NCBI RefSeq assembly: GCF_001194135.2
Contig: NC_068982.1
Span: forward strand, 121,252,226-121,316,225
Direction: 5' to 3'
DNA: 64,000 nt
From: Octopus bimaculoides
Lineage: Eukaryota
The stretch's first letter is position 1. Each line of letters begins with the position of its first letter. The position numbers and the translations under genes were made by a program. Under the pieces are notes generated by a model. The model was not told the origin of the DNA. It did no database searches and saw only the letters and a list, made by a program, of their open reading frames with translations. Shown piece by piece: positions 25,057 to 37,097 of this stretch.

Positions 25057-25499
25057 ACTTTAAGACTAATCGTTATTACTTTGTCTTCGTCAAATATGGA
25101 GTTCTATGTTTGATTGTCAATTTTGTTTATTAGCCATTAATCTTTGGTATAAATGCTGTCTGTTTCATGTGAGAGAGAGCGAGAGACAAAGACAGAGAGA
25201 GAGCGTGTGCGTACGTGTTTATGTGTATATATATCTATATCTACACATACACACACGCATATGCATATTGTTATCTCAGATGAAACCAGTTTTTATGATT
25301 TTGAAGAGATGTAGGATTCTTGCTCAAAGAATTGTATGTTAATTTTAAAATTTATCATTTTAACTACGTTAAGAAAAAGATCTGCTTCAAGTGGGTTTAT
25401 TGAATTATTTTGCAGTGGATGTATTCTTATCCTATACACACACACATATGTATGTATAGGCCAAGAATACATCCATATATGTATGCATATATATATATT

Positions 25500-25536
<37 letters not shown>

Positions 25537-26219
25537 GCATACATACACATACACCACACGTAATATATACATATATGTGTATGTATGCATACGTGTTCCG
25601 CGCGCGCACCTCTGTCTGTGTAATATGGGTGAGAAAACGCTAGTGTAAGCATGGAATAGAGAAGCACCGAAGCAGTGTTTTGATTGGTCCGATTCTTTAA
25701 TTCTAATTTCCTAATCGGGGTAAAGTAGTCCAGCAGAAGAGAGTTGGTTATAAGAAATGCACAACGAACGAGAAACGAGAACACAAAAAAATCGGCAAAC
25801 ATTTGTAGACGGCAGAATTCATTTGTATGGGATGATACATTAGATATTCATATAATATGATGAGGTTATTCTTTTACAGCTGTTTCAAAGATGCGGTGAC
25901 TGGTTGATGATATAATACATCTCCTTTTCCTGTATTTACCTCCCCATTAGTTATTATCGTCCTCTTCCTCTGTATTTTTATTGATGCTTGTGGTTGCTAC
26001 TTTTTTTTTTGTGCATTTATCACTCATTCTTCCGACGAAAAGTTTCGGCGTTCCATCTTGAAAATAATAATATATGCATCATGCGAGTTGATAATATTTT
26101 TGCTTATTTGCTGTGTATAACTATTGCCTCTTTATTGTACTTCTGTTTGCATCAACTAATCGTTGAATCTTTGATACAGTTACAAAAGAATAACAACATC
26201 TTGTAATATGAACATGTAA

Positions 26220-26340
26220 TATGAAGGCGGTGGACAGGCAGAATCGTTAGCAAGCCGGGCAAAATACTTAGCGGCATTTCGTCCGTCTTTAAATTTTGAG
26301 TTCACATTCCGCCAAGGTTGACTTTGCTCTTCGTATTTGA
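26220..26340 (+). mobile_element. SINE family C 5' fragment
   Basis: GGCAGAATCGTTAGCAAGCCGGGCAAAATACTTAGCGGCATTTCG...GTTGACTTTGC. Confidence 0.8.
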
Positions 26341-27156
26341 AACCAAAATAATAGGTATATGTAAATCTCATACAAATGATTTCCTGTCATGTTTAATTGT
26401 TTGTCCATTTTTCTCTCTGTCTAACCTCCGTTCCCACCCCTTTCTCAGTGTACATATATATATATATATANNNNNNNNNNNNNNNNNNNNNNNNNNNNNN
26501 NNNNNNNNNNNNNNNNNNNNNNNNNNNNNNNNNNNNNNNNNNNNNNNNNNNNNNNNNNNNNNNNNNNNNNNNNNNNNNNNNNNNNNNNNNNNNNNNNNNN
26601 NNNNNNNNNNNNNNNNNNNNNNNNNNNNNNNNNNNNNNNNNNNNNNNNNNNNNNNNNNNNNNNNNNNNNNNNNNNNNNNNNNNNNNNNNNNNNNNNNNNN
26701 NNNNNNNNNNNNNNNNNNNNNNNNNNNNNNNNNNNNNNNNNNNNNNNNNNNNNNNNNNNNNNNNNNNNNNNNNNNNNNNNNNNNNNNNNNNNNNNNNNNN
26801 NNNNNNNNNNNNNNNNNNNNNNNNNNNNNNNNNNNNNNNNNNNNNNNNNNNNNNNNNNNNNNNNNNNNNNNNNNNNNNNNNNNNNNNNNNNNNNNNNNNN
26901 NNNNNNNNNNGAACTAAACTAGCCATAGTTAATCATAGACATGTTTCTGGTTTAGGAGTATAAAAACTCTTCATTACCTCATCGGTATGATATTCCTGTT
27001 GTAAATTCGACGATACTGGCAAATGTGCATGCATGATCTAGCGCCATCATTGCAGTCGACACATCTTGAAAGTATCTCCAAATCTACATTTTTAGCTGCT
27101 ATTCCTGAACTTCGGTATGTGATGAAGCAACCTATTGCTGAACCCTTAATTTTGTT

Positions 27157-27187
<31 letters not shown>

Positions 27188-27478
27188 AATAATATAAATA
27201 ATATATAAACATATGCATATATCCATACATAATGTATGGATATATGCATATGTTTATATAGTATTATATGATCGAACGCCACGCATCCTTTCCCAAGTAA
27301 ATTCTCTCTGGCAGCTGAAGAAGGATATGTTCTCTATGTGGCCTGCGTGTTTTTTGTACCTTGTTTATCACTTTGTCCATGTTTTTTGCAACGTCATGTA
27401 CCCAGATATGTATCTATATGTACATGTAGATGAAGGTATGTACATACGTGTACATATATATGCATATACTCATATATT

Positions 27479-27514
<36 letters not shown>

Positions 27515-27611
27515 AATCCAAATAAGAACTAGCAAGTAAAAACAACAACGCGAGGACGTGGAACAAGTACTGTGTTATTGGACGCTTAGGAAAGGAAAGA
27601 AAAGAAAGAGG

Positions 27612-27646
27612 ATTTAACGTTTCGAGTGGAACTCTTCGTCAGAAAT
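27612..27646 (-). ncRNA. Minimal type I hammerhead-ribozyme-like motif, near-canonical
   Basis: The minus strand reads ATTT-CTGACGA-A-GAG(TTCCA)CTC-GAAAC-GTT|AAAT: intact core, 3-bp stem II, 4-bp stem I, palindromic AACGTT stem III. Confidence 0.65.
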
Positions 27647-28078
27647 ATAGAAAAAGTCCAAAGAAGGGAAGACGGAGAAAGAAAATCGCCAACGATACAC
27701 ACGCGGTCACAGAGAGAGAGAGAGAGAGATGTGATTTGTGTGTGTGCGTGTGACTTGGTATCATAAGTTTGTGAGAATGTATAATATGACTGCTTGAACA
27801 CGTAGCGTAGAGGAATCCAACAGGTGGCACTTTTCAGGTGTGATGGAAGTCCAGGTGGTTACAGCAGTAGTTTTCGATTGGAGTTTTCGTGACGTGTAGT
27901 TAGTTCCACAAACTGGGGAAAAAAATTGGACCAGATTTATTATATATGAGTGACCAATCACATATCGGGAAAATCAGCTCCCCCACCCACGCACAAACAC
28001 ACACAAATGTTTCATAAAATTAGAATATTGTACAAATGAATTGTCTTGTGAGTTAGAACATCAATTCCTCCCTCCCCC

Positions 28079-28120
<42 letters not shown>

Positions 28121-28289
28121 ATGCATGCGTGTTCCACAAAATACAGTGTTTCTTTGAGAAACAGTTGCTACTTCCTCACTCAATCCTTTATACAGTTTCT
28201 AGAGACAGAATCGACGTTATATGCCCTACAATGACCCTTCACACAGTGCAACATAGCCATTTGAGAGAGAGAGAGAGAAAGAGAAATCG

Positions 28290-28425
28290 CAGTATTTGAA
28301 TAGAACTTCATCGACTCTGAAAGGGTGAAAGATGAAGTTGATTTCGGCATGATTTGAACTCAGAATGTAGAACACCAAAACAAATCCTGCGAAGGAATCT
28401 ATCCGACGCAGCAACGACTGCCAAT
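28290..28425 (-). mobile_element. SINE family C fragment
   Basis: ATCGACTCTGAAAGGGTGAAAGATGAAGTTGATTTCGGCATGATTTGAACTCAGAATG. Confidence 0.7.
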
Positions 28426-28739
28426 GTGTGTGTGTGCGTGTATTTATACGCGCACACACACACACACACGAGCGATGTCACCAGTCAGGCTGTTGCTGAC
28501 TTAATTCCTCTGACCCACATGTTACTGAGCGATGCCATCATTACTGTACTTACTCTTTTGGAGCTCTTCTCCTTCTCTTTCCAAACATTTTCCTGACTCT
28601 CCTCCGCTCTTTTGTGTGTGTTGTCTTTTCCTATCCTCTGCCTACTTCTCTATATCTCTCTCTCATGCACGCACACGCACCAGATTTGTTGTTCTGTTAC
28701 TACTACTGATCAATATTTTCCCTCGACACAGGAACTAAC

Positions 28740-29050
28740 TTTGACTCTCTTCTTTTTCGAAATAAATTACGTCAATTAGAAATAATTAATTAGTCGCAAT
28801 GAATGGAAAATGAAATGCCAGCTTTCGCCAGATTCGAACTCGGAAACTCCGTACATTTTCTTTTCTATTGCGGCTATTTTTGTTTTGTTGGAGTTGGTTG
28901 TCGTTTCGAAGTTAATGCGGGATCTCTGCATTATTGGACGCCAGTCTTACCTCAAAATTTCTTGTTACGTTTTAAATTCAAAATCTCTCACTACATAATA
29001 GAACCCCTGCGACGGCTGCGCTGTTTTACCTGGGAACCTAGATTTCTTCG
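28740..29050 (+). other. Candidate non-coding first exon of the plus-strand gene
   Basis: CpG-rich unique sequence ending at TCG|GTAATT (29051), upstream of the strong acceptor at 30100. The 5' boundary is a guess. Confidence 0.3.
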
Positions 29051-29199
29051 GTAATTGTTTCTAGCTTTGTGGCCAGAATCATAAAGTGTCAAATGCCCAT
29101 GGCCATGAGAGGAAAAGAGAGGAGATACATTTGGCTACACTGATCTTTAGTGAGCACTGAAATTGTCAACTTTCAGTGAGACAGGCAGAAATATACAAG

Positions 29200-29800
29200 T
29201 AGACTTAGAAACAGAGAGAGAGAGACAGACAGACAGAGAGATAGAGAGGGAAAGAGAATGGGGAAACAAAATAGAAAGTATACATACATATATATATATA
29301 TATACACACACGCATATATATATTTATATACACACACACACACACATATGTGTCTGTGTGTGTGTGTAAAGAGAGAGAGAGAGAGAGAGAGTTATGGTTT
29401 AAAATGGGAGATGATAGAGGGAGAGATTTACGGAGAGAAAATCGAAGTTTGAGAATGAAAAAAGCAGGCAATGAAGGTATGTGACTCAGAGACAGAGGGA
29501 AAGAGAAAACAATAAAGAGAAAGTGAGAGTGATATAAATACTATGACAAAATTTGTCGAGCAAAAAATGAGAAACGATTTACAGAAAAAAAAAAAAGAAA
29601 TAAAGAGAGAGAGATATAGAGAATTATTAAGAAAGAGAGCAAGAGAATGAGGTGAAAAGAACGTGAGAAATGAGAAAAGAGCGAGAGAAGGGAGAAGAGA
29701 GAGGGGGAAAGTTTTATTAAGAGAAAAAGGGGAACGTGAGACTGACAGAGAGAGAGGGGGAGAGTAATAAAAAATTGTAATAGAGAGAAAGAGAGAGGGT
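29200..29800 (+). repeat. GA-rich polypurine tract and microsatellites
   Basis: (GA)n, (CA)n, (TA)n and degenerate GAGA runs. Confidence 0.9.
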
Positions 29801-30198
29801 GTGAAACTGATGTTTGTGTAGGTCGGGCCGCAATGGTGAAGACGAATGTGGGGAGATAGGCTAGTTAGAAGAACAATTTAAACTAACGTGGCTTGACAAA
29901 TATATACAAACACTTCACCAAAAGCATAGAAGAACAGTAATAATATGTGTAAAGTGATTTAGTTAATTAATCATCAGTGAAATATATTATTAAAAACACG
30001 TTTTAGCTCTCAGAAGACCTGAATGAATACCAACTTTCAAGTGACATAGAACAAAGTTAAGTTGTATAAAGTTGAGTCGTTTTACTCTATTCTCCACCAG
30101 TGCTCCGCTTCACCCAAAAGTTGCTCCGTTGCTGGAGACACCAGTCCACCAAACCAGCGGGTAATTCCGCACCACAAATTCTCTGATGGTGGCGAATT

Positions 30199-30280
30199 AT
30201 GTCTAGATATTTAGGAGTACTTCTCGTCTGTCTTTTATCTCCAATCACAATATATGGCGATTTGACTGATGAGATTTCCG
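30199..30280 (+). CDS. First coding exon of a secreted or membrane protein (MSRYLGVLLVCLLSPITIYG-DLTDEIS), identity unknown
   Basis: Acceptor TTTTACTCTATTCTCCACCAG| at 30100, in-frame TGA upstream of the ATG at 30199, signal-peptide-like sequence (basic residue, hydrophobic core, small residue at -1), and CCG|GTGAGT phase-1 donor at 30281. Confidence 0.55.
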
Positions 30281-31484
30281 GTGAGTTGCTCCATAACATT
30301 TGTTTTTTGTTTTTTTTTACCTCCTTCCTCTATAAACCGTATTATATATATAGGCGTACTTACAATGTGCTTTCCTTCCGACTTCGTTTCCCCACAACTT
30401 TTAGAAAAATTGATATATTTTAAATGAAATTTTCTATAAATACCGTTCAGATAATGTACATTCCGATTATATGGAAATCTGTTGTGAAATTTTTTTTTTG
30501 CGAATGTGGGAGAGTAATTAGACATACTTACACAAGTGGGCCCCACTAGATGTGCCTATAGACGTGTGTGTGTGTGTGTTATAAAATCAACTTTATCTCT
30601 CTGGGTATCCGTCCACATATCTTTGATTTTATGTACGCGTTGGAAGCTAAAATCTTCACAAATTGAATTCCTCGTTTCTGATCGTTTGAATTTCTGAAAC
30701 GAGAAATTGGGTGTAACAGTTTGTGAAGTTCCTGCTCTCAATAAAATATCAATGTATAATTTTATTTTTAATTTTGAGTACTCCCTTTCCCTTTCCCTTT
30801 TCTCCTCCTTGTTAACAGATGCACACCGCTATTTCCTTGCATTCTTGTGCAAATCATAAGCGTGTTCAGTATGTATGCATTAGAAATGTGCACTGTGGTG
30901 TATGCATGTACGTGTGCATGTATGTAAGCGTGTGTGTATAGATGGATGTAATCGGGATTATAAACACGTACCTAAAAGTTCCTTACATCCAGTCTTGTTT
31001 CAGCTGTTTTCTTTTAGTCTTTCTAAACCACTAACAAATTCAATTTGTCATTCAAGGCACCTCACACAAGCACATATATACCCCTATATGTTCCTAAAGT
31101 AAACAGTAGTATCATCTAAATCAGTTCGGCTCGGATCTTCTTTGTCCTGGAGTATCAACGAAGTGGAATGTTGTTAGATTTGAATTTATTACAACAGGTG
31201 TTCAGGTAAAACAAACAAAATTTCAAATATTTGAAGAAAGCTGACCGGAGACATTACATCTTTCGGTGCAAGTTTCTCTCCTGTGTGCCTATAAAGAATT
31301 TATGAACGTCACTCGTTTTATCCTTCAATGAAACCTCCTATCTCTCTAAGGAATTACTATAATATATTAGTTTGAAATGAATTACTAAAACTCATATATA
31401 GTGTGTATGTGTAAAGGTATGTCTGCATGCTTTTGTCTGTGAAATTATAGAGGTATGTATTTATGTAAGTGTACATACTGTGTG

Positions 31485-31790
31485 AGGACACATGGCCTAG
31501 TAGTTAGGGTGTTGCACTCACGATAGCGAGATCGTGGTTTTAATTCCTGGCATCGGGTGGTGCGTTGTATTCTTGAGCAAAACACTTCGTTTTACGTTGC
31601 TCTGCGATCACTTCGATACCTGACGTGTAATACACTGTGCACCTGCTCAGGGTCGATTTTGACAAAGAGAGCGAGCTAATAGCAACATACATTCGGTCAC
31701 TATAAAACAAATCATTTGTGCAGTTCGTTCAGCAAAAGCTGAGCATTGACACGTCGTTTTCGACAGAAGATTCCGTCATATACTACGTGT
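31485..31790 (+). mobile_element. Diverged tRNA-derived SINE
   Basis: A-box TGGCCTAGTAGTTAGG, B-box-like GGTTTTAATTCC, then GCGTTGTATTCTTGAGCAAAACACTT; head related to the 54028-54421 family. Confidence 0.65.
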
Positions 31791-32739
31791 ACAAAAGCAT
31801 ACATTTATGTTTTCAAAGACGTGTGTATATTAGTTATATATATTGTCATTTTCCCACATAACGTCCTCTTGACATAGATTAAGAGGCTAGGCTGATGTTT
31901 GGTTTTGTGATACAGAAAACGAAATACTGAAGTCAGTAGAAACCTAATGGAAATTGAAAGAATTCTTTCCTTCAAAATGATATAAAAGTGATTCAAACTA
32001 ATATGACAAAACGGTAAATGTAAAATTCGATTTTTTGTATATTGATTTTGAATTATTTTATTATAATTCGTTTAATTTAATAATAAACTAAAATATAAGA
32101 ATTAGATGAGATAATTCTGTGGAAAGCATTTAACAAATTGTGTAAACCATTTTTAACAATATACAGGATAGTTGACATATGACAATACATACATCTCAGA
32201 AATAGCTATACCGGTTATAACTATTGCTTCTCTACTGATACCTACCTGCTCTGTAACAACGTATTATTTGCAGTCAGCTGCTGCCTACCAATACATAAAC
32301 CCTTCAAGGTGAGGCAATGGGGTATGGCATTTAGAGAAGAAAGAGTCTGGTTTAATACTTTGATAATGCTTGAATACTTTGACTCCTCCAAACTGTTCCA
32401 TCTGAACATGAGTGGTGATTAACCTGTTGCATTGATTGGTTCCTTATAGCACACTGATAAATTATGAATGAATTGCAGGGATGCAAAGAAGTTAAGTGTA
32501 CCTTCAATGTTCGTATTAATACAAATATACCATGTAACATAATTCTTTTCAGTCAGCTCATCTTTCGGATTCAGAGAAAACTTATCTCCCAGTTTCATTT
32601 CATTGAATTTAGTCAAGTACTACCAAACATTATTTTACTTTCATTTTATTATGCCAATCTTTGCTGACTTCAGTCATTTCACTTTCTGAATCATAAAACA
32701 AAACATCATTGAAAACTGTGTGTTTGTTTGTCAAAGCTG

Positions 32740-33035
32740 TTTATTTATATATCTACCAGTACCGCTGGACTGGCCCTTGTGCAGGTGGCACGTAAAATAC
32801 ACCATTTCGAGCGTGGCTGTTGCCAGTACCTCCTGACTGGCCTTCGTGCCGGTGGCACGTAAAAGCACCCACCACACTCTCTGAGTGGTTGGCGTTAGGA
32901 AGGGCATCCAGCTGTAGAAACTCTGCCAAATCAGATTGGAGCCTAGTGTAGCCATCTGGTTCACCAGTCCTCAGTCAAATCGTCCAACCCATGCTAGCAT
33001 GGAAAGCGGACGTTAAACGATGATGATGATGATGA
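32740..33035 (+). mobile_element. SINE family B copy
   Basis: Ends CATGCTAGCATGGAAAGCGGACGTTAAACGATGATGATG. Confidence 0.9.
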
Positions 33036-33619
33036 TATATGTGTGTACATGTGGCCATGTGTATTTAAATATGTGTTTATATCAACATATTTATATACTT
33101 GTTCAGTATACTATTCAAGTCTACACTTGTGTGTTTATTTTGTTTTCTCATCAACATATTATTTATAGTTTTTTTTCTGTCTTTTGGCTAGTATATAACT
33201 TCCATCAATTTGATCCCAGAATCTTTACAATGTCATAGATTAGTTGCTTTTCCTGCCAGTGGCATACAGGTTTATTGTTGATAATTCTGTTGATATATGT
33301 ACAATACAACTACTTCTAGCCTCTTTGAAGTAGACACTGTGTCTATTACTATTTTCTTAGCATTTCTTACGATGTAAGCAGTCTCTTTGAAATATTTTTG
33401 CATTCATTTAATTATTTACCTTCTGAAGAAATGGTGCTCAGTAATTTCGCTCTAGCGTAATGTATGAAAAGGATGGGATAATTAAATCAATCACTTCTAT
33501 TTTTATTTTCTTGTGTAATCATTATATACATATGTATGTACACACACTCATCTACATCTGTATATGTGTATATGTAGATATATTTGTGTGTGTGTGCATA
33601 TTACACACATAGTTATAAG

Positions 33620-34111
33620 AGAGGAAATGGAAAGGATGAAGTTCGTCAATGTTCTGCGGCATGAGAACCAGAGGCTTGAGGTGTTCCAGATTGATAAACA
33701 GTGTTTGAGAAAATTCTGATGCTAAAGGAGAGAAGTGTTTAAATGGATGATGGTACACTTGCACTTAGTGATTCTGCAAACGAAAAGGCATGGAAGTGCC
33801 ACTATGAAATGCTGTTAAATGTGGAAAATGCATAGGAGAATCTTCTTAATGTAGACCCAACAGAGGGACCAGTCATCTGAGTTAACAGCAGCACGACAGA
33901 TAAGGCAGTTAAGGATATAAATTGGGGAAAACCTCTGGCCCATCAGGAATTATCACCAAGTGGCTTTGTGGTAAGAAGCTTACTTCCCAACCACATGGTT
34001 CTGGGTTCACTCCCACTGTGTGGTATCTTGGGCAAGTGTCTGCTACTGTAGCCTTGGGCTGACCGAAGCCTTGTGAGTAGATTTGGTCGACGGAATCTGA
34101 AAGAAGCCCAT

Positions 34112-34194
<83 letters not shown>

Positions 34195-34933
34195 TTATGT
34201 ATGTGTGTATCTGTGTGTCTGTGTTTGTCCTCCCACCATCACTTGATAACTGATGTTGGTGTGTTTACGTCCCCGTGACTTAGTGGTTCGGCAATAGAAC
34301 CCAACAGAATAAGTACTAGGCTTTGAAAGAATAAGTCCTGGGGTTAATTTGTTTGACTAAAGGCAGTGCTCTAGCATGACCGCAGTCAAATGACTGAAAC
34401 CAGTAAAAGAATAAAAGAAATATTCATCCTTATATCTAATCAGGTTTTCCAAGAGGGGTGGAGTCATACCCAATGACTGGTGTAGCAGTATTATTGTCAA
34501 CTTCTACAAAGGTAAAGGAGGTGCCTTGGGCAGAAGTAATCACAGAGGTATCAAATTATTGGACATGGACATAAGAAGAGAGTTAACCCAAATGAGATGC
34601 AGTTTCGTTTTGTGTCAGAAAGAAGTACTACTGGTGCTGTCTTCCTACAAAGACAACTATAGGAGAGGCATTTAGCCAAAAATAAACCACTGTACTTGGC
34701 ATTTGTTGACATGGAGAAATCTTTTGACAGAGTCCATCTCTCCCTCATCTGGTAGTTGATGCAGAAGCTAGTGGGTAGATGAGTGGCTGGTGAGAGTTGT
34801 CCAAGCCATCTACAGTGATACTGTCAGTTCTGTGAAAGTCAGTAATGAGCATTACAACAAATTTAGTGTGCAGGTAGGAGTTTCCCAAGGATTGCTTCTC
34901 AACCACATCCTATTTCTCATAGTCCTCTAGGAC
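33620..34933 (+). mobile_element. RTE-clade LINE reverse transcriptase fragment with a nested SINE
   Basis: KAWKCHYEMLLNVEN...GKTSGPSGI, then PNDWCSSIIVNFYKGKG...NHRGIKLL...QFRFV..RSTT...LYLAFVDMEKSFDRV...QVGVSQG (RT motifs) with stops and frameshifts. Confidence 0.9.
33959..34420 (+). mobile_element. SINE family A nested in the RTE fragment
   Basis: Full family A structure with internal (TA)n. Confidence 0.9.
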
Positions 34934-35426
34934 TATAAAATGCATATGTCTGCATGTTTATAAAGTGCATAAATGTATACATGTTTATGAAATGTGTATA
35001 TGCGTGTACATATTAATATTAATATATAACGTATATACCATCATCATTGTCATCATCATCATTGCTCAATGTCTACTTTTCCACACTTGCATGGATCAGG
35101 CAGAAGTTGTTGAAGATTTTATGTTGCTGGATGGTCTTCCTGTCGCTAACCCAATATTTCCTGATGATCAGATGTGTTTTTCACAGAATAGTTGCAATGA
35201 TCAACGTCACTTGCTTGTTTACAGCCTTCATGTGATACTTAGACAAGGATACAAGCACATTCATGCTAGAAGCTTCTTTCAGTTTCTACTTACTAAACCT
35301 ACTCACAAAGCTTCGGCAGTCCCAGGGCTATGGTAGAAGACATTTGCCCAAGGTGCCATGCAATGTGACTGAACCCAAGACTTCATGGCTGGGTTAACCA
35401 CCCTGCCATTCTTGTACCTTAATGTA

Positions 35427-35553
35427 CAGGGTGTCCACAAAGTCTGGGTACATGGGGATTAACACATACTTTAAGAAATTATAATTTCTTATATTTAATT
35501 GTTTATGTTATGATTTTATTTACTCCATGTACCCAGACTTTGTGGACACCCTG
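35427..35553. mobile_element. Tc1/mariner-type MITE
   Basis: Perfect 29-bp TIRs (CAGGGTGTCCACAAAGTCTGGGTACATGG) flanked by TA on both sides. Confidence 0.95.
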
Positions 35554-36446
35554 TATATATGTATGCATATACATATTTATACAATGTATATGTATATATA
35601 TCTGTGTGTGTGTGTACATGTCTAGGTTCATGCTCGTTGTCTGGGCAGGAAATTAACTATTAATAGCCATGCCATCCCTCCCACATATTTAATCACGAAT
35701 GTAAATAGTTAAAGTGGGTCAACACCCAAATAATTATTAACACTGTCGATACTGTACAGTATTGAAACAGCAGCATTCTTAACTACAAGCAATGCACTAT
35801 CTCACCTTAATATCCAGGAATTTTTATTATTCCTATTAAGACCTCAATACAGTGTTTTAGTTTTTCAGATTAACATTGTTAGATGTCAATATTTCTGTTT
35901 TCATTACTCTGCTGTTAGGTGTGGCCAGTGTTGCTGTCGTTGAGCTTTTGTTTGTGGCAGCCAGTTTCAGTGTTCGGATTTTTTAACATGAAATTCTTGT
36001 TAAAAGCCGTTATCCTTAACTTCAGAGCTTGTTTTCATGAGCCTGCGATTTTGACATCTATCCCTTGTAGACCCCAGTATTTCTGACATCAAATTTTGTT
36101 GTTTAAGGGCCATTGTTTCTGATTTCAGGTCCTTGTTTTGGTTAGATAAAATAAGTACCATCATATACTAATGTCAATGTGATTGACATTATTTGAGTTT
36201 ACAAAAATGGGCATTATGCCTCATGACTATAGCCTCCATGGAAGGTGCTTATAAGCCATTCAAGAAACACACAAAAATCGTTAGATTCACTTTAGCATTT
36301 AAATTTAATTTGCCAAAATATTTTCATCGCTTTGACACTGCTACCTGTTCACTGACAAAATTCCGTGCCGCTGAATCTAACAGTTTTTGTGTGTCTCTTA
36401 AATGGCTTATAAACACCTTCCACACTGCAATTGTTTTATATGTATT

Positions 36447-36479
<33 letters not shown>

Positions 36480-37041
36480 TTGTATGTCTTTGAGTTTGTC
36501 TTTCACCACCACATGGCAACTGGTGTTGGTTTGTTTATCACCGTGTAACTTAACAGTTTGACAGAAGAGACCAATAGAATAAGTACTAGGGCTAATTTGT
36601 TTGACCAAACCCTTCAAAATGGTGCTTCGGCATGGCTACTTCTCAATGAATTGAAACAAGTAAAAGATAAAAGATAGGCATGTTTAGAAATTTTAGGATC
36701 TACAAATTTTGTTTGTGAATATTTTTACATATATTTTCCCATTATGTATGTATCTTCTTACGAAAAAACTTATTATTTAAGTCATGACTAAAAAAGATAA
36801 GAATAATCATTATAGTTGAAATAAAAGTAACACTTGAATACCTCACATTACCTAAACATACTAATGACTTATACAAATTTAATTTTGTTTTGACATTCCT
36901 GATGTTTTACATAAGCTTTTCCATGCATCAAGGAATCCAATGATATATTTGCATTTTGTCTTCTTAGAATTTGTATTTTCACACTAGGTTGACTTTCCTA
37001 TGGTTTTCTGCTTAAATATAATATGTATTATCTGTTCTCAG

Positions 37042-37097
37042 CTTACAGTGTAACTAACAGGCTTGGCTCATTAAGATCACTGTACAATGATTATGAG
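37042..37097 (+). CDS. Candidate second coding exon (AYSVTNRLGSLRSLYNDYE)
   Basis: ATCTGTTCTCAG| acceptor and GAG|GTGAGA donor. Open in phase 1, matching the 30280 donor, and ends in phase 0. Confidence 0.3.

Larger units (their letters stand above)
21600..31900. promoter_or_regulatory. CpG-retaining (probably unmethylated) promoter/intergenic domain
   Basis: CG dinucleotides are visibly frequent in non-repeat DNA here and scarce on both sides. This is a qualitative reading; CpGs were not counted. Confidence 0.55.

Noticed and set aside
30819-30868. Strong acceptor followed by a 50-nt candidate exon
   Set aside because: It has a stop in the phase required by the 30280 donor; at most a poison exon or part of another model.
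31485-31560. Functional tRNA genes here, at 54350-54421 and at 59898-59968
   Set aside because: These are SINE-type heads with broken cloverleafs that continue into repeat bodies.
33361-33373. 13-nt candidate microexon with good splice sites, and 37637-37679 likewise
   Set aside because: Frame-shifting, and such site pairs are expected by chance in tens of kilobases of AT-rich intron. The pair gives a phase-compatible chain but no recognisable peptide.
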